In this document: in pieces, positions 1-9,502 of the stretch
Layout: every line of letters starts with the position of its first letter
How positions within the stretch are numbered: position 1 is the stretch's first letter
NCBI GenBank assembly: GCA_016713235.1
Contig: JADJPN010000006.1
Coordinates: 23,782-87,781, forward strand
Direction: 5' to 3'
Length of the DNA stretch: 64,000 nucleotides
DNA from: Hyphomicrobiales bacterium
GTDB taxonomy: Bacteria; Pseudomonadota; Alphaproteobacteria; Rhizobiales; Xanthobacteraceae
Notes under the pieces: model-generated
Database searches by the model: none
What the model was told of the DNA's origin: nothing
What the model saw: the letters and a program-made list of their open reading frames with translations, nothing else
Translations under genes and position numbers: made by a program

Positions 1-293
1 CCTGCATGCGCAAGATCGTCGACTACAACAAAGCCCAATACGAACAAGCGATTGCGCGCGGCGAGAAGCCGGCCGCCTCCGGCCCGTCGCCCGGATTCAA
101 GAACCTGAAATGGCTGAAGCCGGTCTATGCCGGCGACACGGTCACCTATACGAGCGAGATCGTGGAGCTGCGCGAGTCGGCGACGCGCCCCGAATGGGGG
201 ATCATGTTCGCGAAAATCATCGGCGTGAATCAGAACGGCGAGCGCGTCTACGAGTTCGACAGCTCCGCATTCATGCCGCGGAAGCCACGCTAA
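1..293 (+). CDS. MaoC-like (hot-dog fold) dehydratase domain protein, C-terminal part; 5' end probably lies outside the window
   Basis: ORF 6..293, with the frame open to the window edge. The translated sequence (GDTVTYTSEIVELRES...GIMFAKIIGVNQNGERVYEF) resembles the C-terminal half of MaoC dehydratases by recall. Confidence 0.65.
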   Translation, partial: CMRKIVDYNKAQYEQAIARGEKPAASGPSPGFKNLKWLKPVYAGDTVTYTSEIVELRESATRPEWGIMFAKIIGVNQNGERVYEFDSSAFMPRKPR

Positions 294-507
294 GCCTTTT
301 ACGGAAACGCACGAGCGCGATTACCGCCCAGATTGCCTCGATCACGCCGAACGGCCATGCGCCTTGCATGAAACCGTAAACCGATGCGAGCGCGCAGGCG
401 ATTGCGAACGCGAAGACGAACCAGGGACTCCGGTCTTCCAGCGCGTAGAACAAAAGCATCGCACTGACAGCCAGAAGGCCGAACAGCGTCAGCGCGTCCA
501 GAACCAC
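271..507 (-). CDS. small integral membrane protein, function unknown
   Basis: 78-aa ORF made almost entirely of hydrophobic helices (LFGLLAVSAMLLFYAL, FVFAFAIACALASVYGF, VIEAIWAVIALV). It directly abuts the apt stop codon. Confidence 0.55.
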   Translation of the reverse strand: MVLDALTLFGLLAVSAMLLFYALEDRSPWFVFAFAIACALASVYGFMQGAWPFGVIEAIWAVIALVRFRKRLSVASAA

Positions 508-1053
508 CTAATGCCCCTCGAAGCTGACCAGCGTGCGCACCGGCACGCCGAGCGCACGCAGCTTCGCCGCGCCACCGAGCTCGGGCAGATCCACGATAAA
601 ACACGCGGCGAGCACCTCCGCGCCCATGTTGCGTAACAGCTTCACCGCGCCTTCCGCCGTGCCGCCAGTCGCGATCAGGTCGTCCACCAGGATCACGCGC
701 TCACCCTGACCGACCGCGTCCTTGTGCATCTCCATTTCGTCGATGCCGTATTCCAGCGAATAGGCGATCCGCACCGTCTCGTACGGCAGCTTGCCCTTCT
801 TGCGGATCGGCACGAAGCCGGCCGACAGCTGATGCGCCACCGCCCCGCCGATGATGAAGCCGCGCGCCTCGATCCCCGCCACCTTGTCGATCTTCGAGCC
901 CGCCCATGGATTCACGAGGTCATCCACCGCGCGCCGGAACGCCCGCGCATTGCCGAGCAAGGTCGTAATGTCGCGAAACTTGATGCCGGGCTTGGGGTAA
1001 TCCGTAATCGTGCGAATAGAAGCGCGAAGGTCGAGTGCGTCAGGCGGGTTCAT
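508..1053 (-). CDS. apt: adenine phosphoribosyltransferase
   Basis: 181 aa with the PRPP-binding motif [13 protein letters not shown]. Architecture is full-length APRT-like. Confidence 0.95.
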   Translation of the reverse strand: MNPPDALDLRASIRTITDYPKPGIKFRDITTLLGNARAFRRAVDDLVNPWAGSKIDKVAGIEARGFIIGGAVAHQLSAGFVPIRKKGKLPYETVRIAYSLEYGIDEMEMHKDAVGQGERVILVDDLIATGGTAEGAVKLLRNMGAEVLAACFIVDLPELGGAAKLRALGVPVRTLVSFEGH

Positions 1054-1166
1054 GAATATTCCCAGTGTTTACCCTGTACGCCTTGTCGGCAGGCGCCAAA
1101 CGAGAATAGCCTATTTCCCGGCGGCGACGGATTCGCGAGACGCCGCAACAAATCCAGGAGATCGCC

Positions 1167-1268
1167 ATGGCCAAGGGCCAAGACAAACCCAGTAAGGAAA
1201 AGAAGAAACCAAAAGCGGAGACGTCCAAGAAAGGCCCGTCTTCCTACAAGCAGGCTTACGGCAAGTAA
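1167..1268 (+). CDS. 33-aa lysine-rich small protein (MAKGQDKPSKEKKKPKAETSKKGPSSYKQAYGK), below the ORF-track cutoff
   Basis: ATG at 1167 lies 6 nt after an AGGAG Shine-Dalgarno (1156-1160). TAA is at 1266-1268 and a strong hairpin terminator follows about 30 nt later. Confidence 0.5.
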   Translation: MAKGQDKPSKEKKKPKAETSKKGPSSYKQAYGK

Positions 1269-1293
1269 GCCGACCTCCAGCAAAAATCGGCAA

Positions 1294-1330
1294 AGAAAAA
1301 AGGCCCCGCGAAAAGCGGGGCCTTCGTTTT
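1294..1330. terminator. bidirectional intrinsic terminator between the small ORF and petC
   Basis: Stem AAGGCCCCGC / GCGGGGCCTT (1300-1309 / 1315-1324) with loop GAAAA. An A-run lies on the 5' side and CGTTTT on the 3' side. Confidence 0.7.
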
Positions 1331-1347
1331 ATGCAGGGTCGGCGCGC

Positions 1348-2187
1348 TCAGTGCGCGTTCGCCCAGACCTTCTTCTTCGTGAAGTAGCCAAGTCCCGCGA
1401 ACACGATCAGGAAGATCATGACCTGGAAGCCCATGCGCTTACGGGCCTCCAAATGCGGCTCGGCGGTCCACATCAGGAACGCGGTCACGTCCCGTGCGTA
1501 CTGGTCAACCGTCTGCGGCGAGCCGTCGGTATATTCGACGCGCTTGTCTTCGAGCGGCGGACGCATCGAGATCTTGTGGCCCGGGAAAAACTTGTTCCAG
1601 AACTGGTTCGGCGTGAGCGTTTCGCCAGCCGGCGGGTTCTCGTAGCCGGTGAGCAGCGCCTGCAGATAATCGACGCCGTTTTCCTGATACTGGCGGACGA
1701 TATCGATCAGGAAGCCGGGGAAGCCGACTTCATAGGTGCGCGCCTTCGCGATCACCGAGAGATCGACCGGCAGCGCGCCGTTATGGGTGGCGCGGGCGGC
1801 CTGTTCGTTCGCGAAGACCAGCGGGAACGTGTCGGACGGACGTCCCGGACGCTGGAACATCTCGCCGCGATCGTTCGGCCCATCATTGATCTGATATTCG
1901 CCGGCAATCGTCTTGATCTGGCCTTCGCTGAAACCGAGCGCGCCGGACTGGCCGAGCGTGCGGAACGCGACGAGCTTCAGCGAGTGACAGGCCTGGCAGA
2001 CTTCGCGATAGACCTTGAAGCCGCGCTGAAGCTGCTGCTTGTCGTAGTGCCCGAAGGGACCCGAGAAGCTCCACTTGAGGCGCGGCGGCTGCGGCGCATG
2101 CGCGTCGGCGGCAAGCGCCGCGCCGGAAGCACCGAACGAAAGCGCCGAAACAATGCCGAGCGCGAGAAGGGTGTTCTTGTTCATCAT
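1348..2187 (-). CDS. petC: cytochrome c1 (bc1 complex)
   Basis: Haem-c motif CQACHS, N-terminal signal peptide MMNKNTLLALGIVSALSFGASGAALA, and a C-terminal TM anchor. Start is placed at ATG 2187, preceded by a GGGGA SD just after the petB TAA stop (2195-2197). Confidence 0.9.
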   Translation of the reverse strand: MMNKNTLLALGIVSALSFGASGAALAADAHAPQPPRLKWSFSGPFGHYDKQQLQRGFKVYREVCQACHSLKLVAFRTLGQSGALGFSEGQIKTIAGEYQINDGPNDRGEMFQRPGRPSDTFPLVFANEQAARATHNGALPVDLSVIAKARTYEVGFPGFLIDIVRQYQENGVDYLQALLTGYENPPAGETLTPNQFWNKFFPGHKISMRPPLEDKRVEYTDGSPQTVDQYARDVTAFLMWTAEPHLEARKRMGFQVMIFLIVFAGLGYFTKKKVWANAH

Positions 2188-2194
2188 TGTCCCC

Positions 2195-3451
2195 TTAGCG
2201 CGAACCTTTGGCCTTCGCCGTTGCAAGCGGCTGCTTGCCGAGCACCGATTCCGCGATCGACGCGGGCACCTGTGACGGCTTCTCGTAATACGAGAGCAGC
2301 GGCAGAACGACGAGGAAGTGAATGAAGTACCACGCGGTCAGAATGCGCGAGGCGATGACATAGCCGCCTTCCGCGGGCTTGGCGCCAAGCCAGCCGAGGC
2401 CGATGCAGGTGATCACGAAGATCCAGAAGAACTGCTTGAACAGCGGACGATACTTCGCCGAACGGGTCTTGGCACGATCCAGCCACGGCAGGAACGCGAG
2501 CACCGCGATCGAAGCGAACATCGCGATCACGCCGCCGAGCTTCGACGGAATGGCGCGCAGGATCGCGTAGAACGGCAGGAAATACCATTCCGGCACGATG
2601 TGCGTCGGCGTCTGGAGCGGGTTCGCCGGGATGTAGTTGTCGGCGTGACCGAGGTAATTCGGGATGTAGAACACGAACCACGCGAACAAGATCATGAAGC
2701 AGACCATCGCGAAGCTGTCCTTCGCGGTGGCATAGGGCGTGAACGGCAGCGTGTCCTTGTCGGACTTCACGTCGATGCCGGCCGGGTTGTTCTGGCCGAC
2801 TTCATGCAGCGCCCAGACGTGCAGCACCACGACGCCTGCGATCATGAACGGCAGGAGATAGTGCAGCGAGAAGAAGCGCTGCAGCGTCGGCTGATCGACC
2901 GAATAACCGCCCCACAGGAACTCGACCACCTTCGGGCCGATGCCCGGGATCGCCGAGAACAGGTTGGTGATGACGGTGGCGCCCCAGAAGCTCATCTGGC
3001 CCCACGGCAGCACGTAGCCCATGAAGGCGGTCGCCATCATCAGGAGGAAGATGATGACGCCGAGAATCCAGAGGATCTCGCGCGGCTCCTTGTACGATCC
3101 GTAATACAGACCGCGGAACATGTGGATGTAGACCGCGATGAAGAACATCGAGGCGCCGCTGGCGTGCATGTTGCGCAGCAGCCAGCCGTAGTTCACGTCG
3201 CGCATGATGTGCTCGACCGACTCGAAGGCGCCAGCGACGGTCGGCGTGTAGTGCATCGCAAGCACGATGCCGGTGATGATCTGCACCCCGAGGCAGAACG
3301 AAAGGATGCCGCCGAACGTCCACCAATAGTTCAGGTTGCGCGGCGTCGGATACGCCACGAAGGAGGAGTGCATCAGCCCCAGGATCGGGAGACGGCGCTC
3401 GGTCCATTGCAGGAGGGCGCTTTTCGGCTGGAAATTCGACGGACCGCTCAT
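2195..3451 (-). CDS. petB: cytochrome b (bc1 complex)
   Basis: 418 aa, polytopic, with the [13 protein letters not shown] motif and conserved His-containing helices. Confidence 0.95.
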   Translation of the reverse strand: MSGPSNFQPKSALLQWTERRLPILGLMHSSFVAYPTPRNLNYWWTFGGILSFCLGVQIITGIVLAMHYTPTVAGAFESVEHIMRDVNYGWLLRNMHASGASMFFIAVYIHMFRGLYYGSYKEPREILWILGVIIFLLMMATAFMGYVLPWGQMSFWGATVITNLFSAIPGIGPKVVEFLWGGYSVDQPTLQRFFSLHYLLPFMIAGVVVLHVWALHEVGQNNPAGIDVKSDKDTLPFTPYATAKDSFAMVCFMILFAWFVFYIPNYLGHADNYIPANPLQTPTHIVPEWYFLPFYAILRAIPSKLGGVIAMFASIAVLAFLPWLDRAKTRSAKYRPLFKQFFWIFVITCIGLGWLGAKPAEGGYVIASRILTAWYFIHFLVVLPLLSYYEKPSQVPASIAESVLGKQPLATAKAKGSR

Positions 3452-3485
3452 TCTTCAGATTCCGTTCTGGCTAACGAAGCGCGGA

Positions 3486-4001
3486 TCAACCGATCCGCAC
3501 CATCGTGTCGGTAGCAAATTCGTAGGGAGGCACTTCGAGATTGGACGGCGCAGGACCTTTGCGGATGCGGCCGGAGGTGTCGTAGTGCGAACCATGGCAC
3601 GGGCAGAAGAAGCCCTTGTAGTCGCCCTGATGGCCGAGCGGCACGCAACCCAGATGCGTGCAGACGCCGACCAGCACGAGCCACTGCTCCTTGCCCTTCT
3701 TCACGCGCGCCTCGTCGGGCTGCGGATCGGGCAGGTCGCGAAGCTGGGTCGCTTTCGCCTCTTCGATTTCTTTCTTGGTGCGGTGCGCGATGAACACCGG
3801 CTTGCCGCGCCACTTCACGGTGATGATCTGGCCTTCGGCAACCGGGGTCAGATCGACTTCCGTGGAGGCGAGCGCCTGCACCGAAGCGTCGGGATTCATC
3901 TGAGAAATGAGCGGCCAAGCAGCGGCAGCGGCACCGACCGCGCCCACCGCACCAGTCGCGATATAAAGGAAGTCGCGCCGGGTCGGCTGTTCGCCGTTCA
4001 T
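3486..4001 (-). CDS. petA: ubiquinol-cytochrome c reductase Rieske iron-sulfur subunit
   Basis: Twin-arginine signal TRRDFLY and Rieske boxes CTHLGC and CPCHGS. Start is chosen at ATG 4001 (MNGEQ...); a GTG at 4058 is an alternative. Confidence 0.9.
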   Translation of the reverse strand: MNGEQPTRRDFLYIATGAVGAVGAAAAAWPLISQMNPDASVQALASTEVDLTPVAEGQIITVKWRGKPVFIAHRTKKEIEEAKATQLRDLPDPQPDEARVKKGKEQWLVLVGVCTHLGCVPLGHQGDYKGFFCPCHGSHYDTSGRIRKGPAPSNLEVPPYEFATDTMVRIG

Positions 4002-4288
4002 GGTGGTGGATTTCGCCAAGTTCCGGTCCTTTCCATCGCCTCGACGGAGCGCGACCACTTCCCAAGCAAGACGCCGCGAAACGGACTCGCCTGACTGTCG
4101 GCGGTGGCCCCGGTCCGCGGCGCAAAACCTCGAAAAAACCGGCAGAATCTACCGATTTCGGCGCCCCTATTGAACGCTTCTAATGTCATTAGCGCCCATT
4201 ATTGTCCAGTATCCGGCCATGCGGCACGGAGTCGTTATGCAACGGTTTCCGCTTGTTGCTTTGCCCGGCGCAGGCCATTGAACTGCCA

Positions 4289-4750
4289 ATGGAAATCGCA
4301 CTTTACGAGCCGGATATTCCGCAGAACGCAGGCACCATCATGCGCCTCGGTGCATGCATGAGCGTCCCCGTCCACATCATCGAACCGGCGGGCTTTCCTG
4401 TGAGCGACCGGTCGTTTCGTCGCGCCGGACTAGACTATCTGGATGCCGTGAAAATCAACCGCCACGTCTCCTTCGCCGCCTTCGAGGCGTGGCGCAAATC
4501 GAACGGGCGGCGACTGGTGCTGCTCACCACCAAAGCCAAGGTCGCCTACCCCGCTTTTGCATTTCATGGCGCCGACATTCTGATGGTCGGCCGGGAATCC
4601 GCCGGCGTGCCGGACCACGTACACGCGGCGGCCGACGTCTCGCTCCGTATTCCGATGCGCGAAGACCTGCGATCGCTCAATATCGCGGTGGCGCTTTCGA
4701 TGGTTTTGGGCGAAGCACTGCGCCAGACCGGAAAACTGAACGATGTCTGA
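4289..4750 (+). CDS. trmL: tRNA (cytidine/uridine-2'-O-)-methyltransferase, SpoU/TrmL family
   Basis: 153 aa from ATG 4289 ([22 protein letters not shown]...), a typical TrmL N-terminus and size. The upstream part of ORF 4202.. looks non-coding. Confidence 0.85.
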   Translation: MEIALYEPDIPQNAGTIMRLGACMSVPVHIIEPAGFPVSDRSFRRAGLDYLDAVKINRHVSFAAFEAWRKSNGRRLVLLTTKAKVAYPAFAFHGADILMVGRESAGVPDHVHAAADVSLRIPMREDLRSLNIAVALSMVLGEALRQTGKLNDV

Positions 4751-5618
4751 CGCCTTTAAAGATCCCGCGCGCGCATGTTTTCGCGAGCTGCGCGACCAGC
4801 TTTGCACGGCCTTCGAGAAGCTCGAGGCGGAAGCGCCCCCCTCTTTATATGAAGGAGCGCCCGGCAAGTTCGTCCGCACGCCATGGGAGCGCACCGACCA
4901 TTCCGGAGCGCCCGGCGGTGGCGGCGAGATGTCGATGCTGCACGGACGGCTGTTCGAGAAAGCCGGAATTCACATCTCGACCGTGCACGGCGAATTCGCA
5001 CCGGAATTCAGGAAAGAGATCAAAGGCGCGGAGGATGATCCGCGCTTCTGGGCGTCGGGCATCTCGCTGATTGCGCATCCGAAAAATCCGCACGCGCCCA
5101 CCGTGCACATGAACACGCGTCACGTCGTGACCGCAAAGGCATGGTTCGGCGGCGGCGCGGATCTGACGCCGGTTCTGAATGCGCGGCGCAACCAGACCGA
5201 CCCGGATACGTGCGCCTTTCACGCGGCGATGCAATCGGCGTGCGAAAAGCACGCCGCGGTCGCGGACTACGGGAAGCTCAAACAATGGTGCGACGAGTAT
5301 TTTCATCTCAAGCACCGCAACGAGCCCCGCGGCATCGGCGGCATTTTTTACGATTGGCTCGATAGCGGAAACCGGGAAGCGGATTTCGCCTTCACGCAGG
5401 AAGTCGGCCGCGCTTTTCTCGATATCTACCCGAAGATCGTGCGCGCGAATTTCCAAAAGCCCTGGAACGAAGCCCAGCGCGAAGAGCAACTCGTGCGGCG
5501 CGGGCGCTATGTCGAATTTAATCTGCTCTACGACCGCGGCACGGTGTTCGGGCTGAAGACCGGCGGCAACGTGAATTCAATTCTGTCCTCGCTGCCGCCC
5601 GTGGTGAAGTGGCCTTAA
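4743..5618 (+). CDS. hemF: oxygen-dependent coproporphyrinogen III oxidase
   Basis: 291 aa with the conserved C-terminal block [25 protein letters not shown]. It overlaps the trmL end by 8 nt. Confidence 0.95.
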   Translation: MSDAFKDPARACFRELRDQLCTAFEKLEAEAPPSLYEGAPGKFVRTPWERTDHSGAPGGGGEMSMLHGRLFEKAGIHISTVHGEFAPEFRKEIKGAEDDPRFWASGISLIAHPKNPHAPTVHMNTRHVVTAKAWFGGGADLTPVLNARRNQTDPDTCAFHAAMQSACEKHAAVADYGKLKQWCDEYFHLKHRNEPRGIGGIFYDWLDSGNREADFAFTQEVGRAFLDIYPKIVRANFQKPWNEAQREEQLVRRGRYVEFNLLYDRGTVFGLKTGGNVNSILSSLPPVVKWP

Positions 5619-5753
5619 GCATCCCTTCACCCAAAGCCCGTCGCACAACACCGTCGAGTGACTGCGTGCCCTCTATGGACAGTGAAATTTTAAGAACGGA
5701 AACTGATAGTACTGTTTTGACGATCGGTATTCATCACATCGACTTGCTCCCCC

Positions 5754-6245
5754 ATGTGCAGCAAGTCATTCGCGATTTTAGTTTTGTTGTACCGTCAGCG
5801 GCACGATGGGTCGCTGCAAATGCTTCTGCTTCCAACGATTTCGGAGCGCATCAGATCACTCGGAACAAGACTTACGTTCAAAGAACGTCTCGATCTCGGC
5901 TTGCCCAAATACGGCGAACACCTGAACAGGGAGACGTTGAATATCCTTACTACTCGCGGGCGAATCGATCCCATCGCCGGTTTCGACGCGACAGTAACCC
6001 GAGCCATTAAGGCAGCGAGAAATGAGGCACAGCGCCTTAGATCGCTCTATTCGAGAGACGTACTGCCTTGGTCGATTGTCTTCATTCACCCAAAGTTCCC
6101 TGCATGCGAAGCAGCAAGGAAGCTTGCCAGACAGCTTTTAAAGGAACCGCCGCAGCTCCCGCTCGATAGCTGCCGACAAGAATGCTTTTGCGGATATAGA
6201 GATATCGGCCGCGTTGAAGCAGCGCCTGAACCTGCCGCTAGGTAA
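5754..6245 (+). CDS. hypothetical protein (orphan-looking) in an AT-richer islet
   Basis: The only sizeable ORF in the 5620-6260 stretch, whose composition differs visibly from its flanks. I recognise no family. The start is uncertain (ATG 5754 or 5820). Confidence 0.35.
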   Translation: MCSKSFAILVLLYRQRHDGSLQMLLLPTISERIRSLGTRLTFKERLDLGLPKYGEHLNRETLNILTTRGRIDPIAGFDATVTRAIKAARNEAQRLRSLYSRDVLPWSIVFIHPKFPACEAARKLARQLLKEPPQLPLDSCRQECFCGYRDIGRVEAAPEPAAR

Positions 6246-6265
6246 ATTTTACTCGACGGGACAAA

Positions 6266-6766
6266 TTACTTCTTTGCCAACGTCGCCGGCGAAATCAGCG
6301 CGCCGAACTGCCGGCACCAGATCACCACACTCTGATAATCGTCGAGATTGACGTTGGGCGGGATCGGATAGCGCTGCCCACCCTTGAATGCCTGGATCTG
6401 TCCGAGATCGACGGATTTGCCGAGCACTTCACGCACATCGCCGTTCGACTTGATTCCGGCTTTCGGCACCAGCAGCACGCGATAATCGGGGCCCGCGCCA
6501 ACCTCGAAATCGGATTCGAGAAACACGAGATTCTTGTAAACGCTGACCGAGCCCTTGCCCCAGTGGATCGGGTCATTTGGGTTGGCGTGGATGAAGGCGC
6601 CCTTGGCAATGGGCGATACCTGCGTTTCCTCTTGCGTAAGCGTGTGGTTCACCGGCTCGAGCGGGAAGATGTAGGGAAAGAACCAAAGTCCGGCGGCAAA
6701 ACCGATGGCCGTACCGAACAGGCCCCCAACGAAGAACAACAAGAAGCCGCGGATGAAACGTCGCAT
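6266..6766 (-). CDS. DM13 domain-containing membrane-anchored protein
   Basis: 166 aa with an N-terminal TM (FLLFFVGGLFGTAIGFAAGLWFF). The C-terminal region (GSVSVYKNLVFLESDFEVGAGPDYRVLL) matches the DM13 pattern by recall. Confidence 0.7.
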   Translation of the reverse strand: MRRFIRGFLLFFVGGLFGTAIGFAAGLWFFPYIFPLEPVNHTLTQEETQVSPIAKGAFIHANPNDPIHWGKGSVSVYKNLVFLESDFEVGAGPDYRVLLVPKAGIKSNGDVREVLGKSVDLGQIQAFKGGQRYPIPPNVNLDDYQSVVIWCRQFGALISPATLAKK

Positions 6767-6867
6767 TTCGCACTCTCCTGTTTCGGGCAGTCTAGCAAAA
6801 CGGCCTTACCTCGCGAGCCCGGCTGCGATGACAATTTCTTGAGCTGCGTGAAGTGGCAAACGCGGAA

Positions 6868-7314
6868 TTATGCGGCCTCCAAAAGCCGTTTCAAGCGCTC
6901 GCCTTCCTCGCGCATATGTGCGCGCACGGCATCGAGCTCCCGGCGATGGAGCCACGCGGCAAGCGGGCCGATGCGCAGAACGATCTCCTGAGTCACGACA
7001 ATCCCACCCTCGACCCGCGCGATCAGAAACGTGATGCGCGGCAAGAAGAAGCGAAACAGCCGGGAGGTCGGCGCAAACTCTAGCCGCGCGGGACGATCGA
7101 TCGCGGTAAAGACCACCGATTTTCGCAAGAGCTTTCCGTTGATGCGCTCTTCGAAATAGAACCGAGACCCCGTCGCGAGTTGCTGTTTGCCGAGCCAACG
7201 GAAACACACGTGATCCGGGTGCCAGCGCAGATAGTTGGATTGCATTTCCGCGAAGAACGAGAAGACCTGCTCGGGATCCGCGCGAATTACCGGAGAGACC
7301 GATGAAAGGATCAT
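6868..7314 (-). CDS. SRPBCC (polyketide cyclase/START-like) family protein
   Basis: 148 aa. Its start overlaps the stop of the upstream CCA-enzyme gene (ATGA). The family call is by recall of the overall pattern. Confidence 0.65.
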   Translation of the reverse strand: MILSSVSPVIRADPEQVFSFFAEMQSNYLRWHPDHVCFRWLGKQQLATGSRFYFEERINGKLLRKSVVFTAIDRPARLEFAPTSRLFRFFLPRITFLIARVEGGIVVTQEIVLRIGPLAAWLHRRELDAVRAHMREEGERLKRLLEAA

Positions 7315-8570
7315 ACGCTATTCCGCGCGGCCTCGTCGGCGATGGCCGAAAGCATGACGTGGTCTGACGGAAAGCCCGCCGCGATCCAGGCCGCCTCCGC
7401 AGCCGCGAGCGCACGCCCGAGCTTCGGTCCTTTCTCCACGCCGCGTTTGATGAAGTCGTCGGCGGCGATTGGAAATCGCGGCGGCATCCAGCGCGAAGGC
7501 AGCGACAGCAGCGCGCCCCAGCCTTCATCCGCCAGCGACGCGTCGGAATGCGCAAACGAGACAAGTGCGCGATCGGCGTATTCCTCGGCGCCAATGCGAT
7601 AAAGCGTCTCTTTTGCATAAGCCTCGCCGGAGGCAGGCACGAGTTGCCACCAGCGGTCGCTCATCGAGATGAGGCGTTTGTATTCATCGTTCGAAAGCCG
7701 CAGCCGCTCGCGCAGGTGCGCGGCATCCTCATCAAGACGAACGGCGACCGCCGCCAGCCGCCTCATGGCGTCCGTCGCAATCTCGTTCGACTGCTCGATC
7801 AGCGCGAGACGCGTAAGCGCCGGCAGCTCCGGCACATTCGCGAATACCGCGCCGAAAATGCCGGCATCCGCCATTGTCGTCATCGCTTCCGGCGCACGCT
7901 TGGCCACAAGCGTTTTCAGAATCTCCGCGCGAATGCGCTCGCGCGACAAGGACCCGAGCTGGTCGCGCGCCCGCGCGCAGGCGAGATAGCCTTCCGCATC
8001 CGGCTCGCCTTCGCCATACGCCGCGAAGAAACGAAAGAAGCGAAACACGCGCAGATAATCTTCCGCGATTCTCTGGTCGGCATCGCCGATAAAGCGCACG
8101 GCGCGCTTCCCGATGTCCGCAAGCCCGCCGCAGTAATCGTGCACCATGCCGTCAGCCGACAACGACATCGCGTTGATCGTGAAGTCGCGGCGCTCCGCGT
8201 CTTTTCTCCAGTCGCGCCCGAAGCGCACCACCGCATGACGCCCGTCGGTCTCGACATCTTCGCGCAGCGTCGTCACCTCGAAAGGCTTTCCATCCGCGAC
8301 AACGGTGATGGTGCCATGCTCGATCCCGGTCGGCACCGCCTTGAAGCCCGCCGCGGTTACCCGCGCGATCACCGTCTTCGGCAATGCCGTGGTCGCAAGA
8401 TCGGTTTCGCCAACCGCAAGCCCGAGCAAAAGATTACGCACCGCGCCGCCGACCACGCGCGCCTCTTCGCCCTCGCCGTTCAGCACGGCCAGCACATCGG
8501 CCAGCGGTTTCTCGTTCAGGAAGGCGACTTGGTCCGCGGCGAGCTTCTTCTGCGCGGCCGCGCCTGTCAT
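7311..8570 (-). CDS. cca: CCA tRNA nucleotidyltransferase / poly(A) polymerase family protein
   Basis: N-terminal nucleotidyltransferase motif VVGGAVRNLLLG...TDLATT. Start is set at ATG 8570, which overlaps the stop of the upstream small gene (ATGA). Confidence 0.85.
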   Translation of the reverse strand: MTGAAAQKKLAADQVAFLNEKPLADVLAVLNGEGEEARVVGGAVRNLLLGLAVGETDLATTALPKTVIARVTAAGFKAVPTGIEHGTITVVADGKPFEVTTLREDVETDGRHAVVRFGRDWRKDAERRDFTINAMSLSADGMVHDYCGGLADIGKRAVRFIGDADQRIAEDYLRVFRFFRFFAAYGEGEPDAEGYLACARARDQLGSLSRERIRAEILKTLVAKRAPEAMTTMADAGIFGAVFANVPELPALTRLALIEQSNEIATDAMRRLAAVAVRLDEDAAHLRERLRLSNDEYKRLISMSDRWWQLVPASGEAYAKETLYRIGAEEYADRALVSFAHSDASLADEGWGALLSLPSRWMPPRFPIAADDFIKRGVEKGPKLGRALAAAEAAWIAAGFPSDHVMLSAIADEAARNSV

Positions 8571-8833
8571 TTCGTCACGCCCGGGTGAAACTTGCCGTCC
8601 TTGTCGATATAGGCCGGCGTATAGGTCGTTCCCGGCTTGTAGCCGCCGTAATGGGCGAACCACACGAGGCTCGCCGCGACCAGCGCGATACCCACGAAAG
8701 CGAGCCAAGCCACGACCTTCACGCCCCAGTGCTCGCGGTCGCGCGCATCCTTCTTCATCAGGATCAGCACGATCGCGTAGATCGCGAACGGCGTGATGAA
8801 GAAGGCGAGCTCGGTGAAGATGGTGCGTGCCAT
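8567..8833 (-). CDS. small two-TM membrane protein, function unknown
   Basis: 88 aa with two hydrophobic helices. It is translationally coupled on both sides within the operon. Confidence 0.7.
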   Translation of the reverse strand: MARTIFTELAFFITPFAIYAIVLILMKKDARDREHWGVKVVAWLAFVGIALVAASLVWFAHYGGYKPGTTYTPAYIDKDGKFHPGVTK

Positions 8834-9501
8834 TATTCGTACAGCTTCTCGTAGAGGTTTCGGATCATGCCGGCGGTTGCGCCCCAGATATTACGCTTTT
8901 CGAAGGGCATTGCGTAGAAATGTCTTTCGACGCCCTTCCACATCCCCGAATGCCTGGCGTGGTTCTCCCGCGCCATCAGGAAGGAAAGCGGCACCTCGAA
9001 TGCCTCGTCCACCTCGCTCGGATTGATGGTGAGCGTAAACCCCGGCTCGATCAGCGCGACCACGGGCACGATACGAAAGCCGGTGCCGGATAAATAAGAG
9101 TCGAGATAGCCGAGCGGGGTCGCAAAGCGTGCAGGCAGGCCGATCTCCTCGTCCGCCTCGCGAAGCGCGGCCGCCAGCGGCGAAGCATCACCCGGATCGA
9201 TCCGCCCGCCGGGAAAGGCCACCTGCCCCGCATGCGTGGAAAGATCTTTCGAGCGTTGCGTGAGCAGCACGGTCGGCGCTTCGTGCGCGACGATCGGAAC
9301 GAGCACCGCGGCGGGACGCGGTGCGTTGTCGCCGATCCGATCCGTGAAATCGGGATTCAACATATGATCGCCACGCGAGAATTCGCGCGCATGCGCGAAA
9401 AGATCGCCCTGCGGCTCGCGGTACAACTTCTCGCGCGCAAGCGCGACGAAGTCGCGGAGCGCGGGTGAAAACTTTTCTTCCACCAGATTGCCTTCGATCA
9501 T
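8833..9501 (-). CDS. Nudix hydrolase, CoA pyrophosphatase-like
   Basis: Nudix box GGRIDPGDASPLAAALREADEEIGL. The preceding LLTQRS...HAGQVAFPGG block is typical of the CoA pyrophosphatase subfamily. Confidence 0.85.
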   Translation of the reverse strand: MIEGNLVEEKFSPALRDFVALAREKLYREPQGDLFAHAREFSRGDHMLNPDFTDRIGDNAPRPAAVLVPIVAHEAPTVLLTQRSKDLSTHAGQVAFPGGRIDPGDASPLAAALREADEEIGLPARFATPLGYLDSYLSGTGFRIVPVVALIEPGFTLTINPSEVDEAFEVPLSFLMARENHARHSGMWKGVERHFYAMPFEKRNIWGATAGMIRNLYEKLYE

Positions 9502-9502
9502 T

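Noticed and set aside
2184-2226. A fourth frameshift splitting a fused cytochrome b-c1 gene
   Set aside because: The downstream gene has its own SD, ATG and signal peptide immediately after a clean TAA. This looks like a natural two-gene arrangement, and it is reported only as a comparative observation.
724-2325. 533-aa plus-strand ORF spanning apt and petC
   Set aside because: It is antisense to two well-supported genes. The product is extremely Arg/Pro-rich with no recognisable domain, which is the typical spurious long ORF of high-GC DNA.
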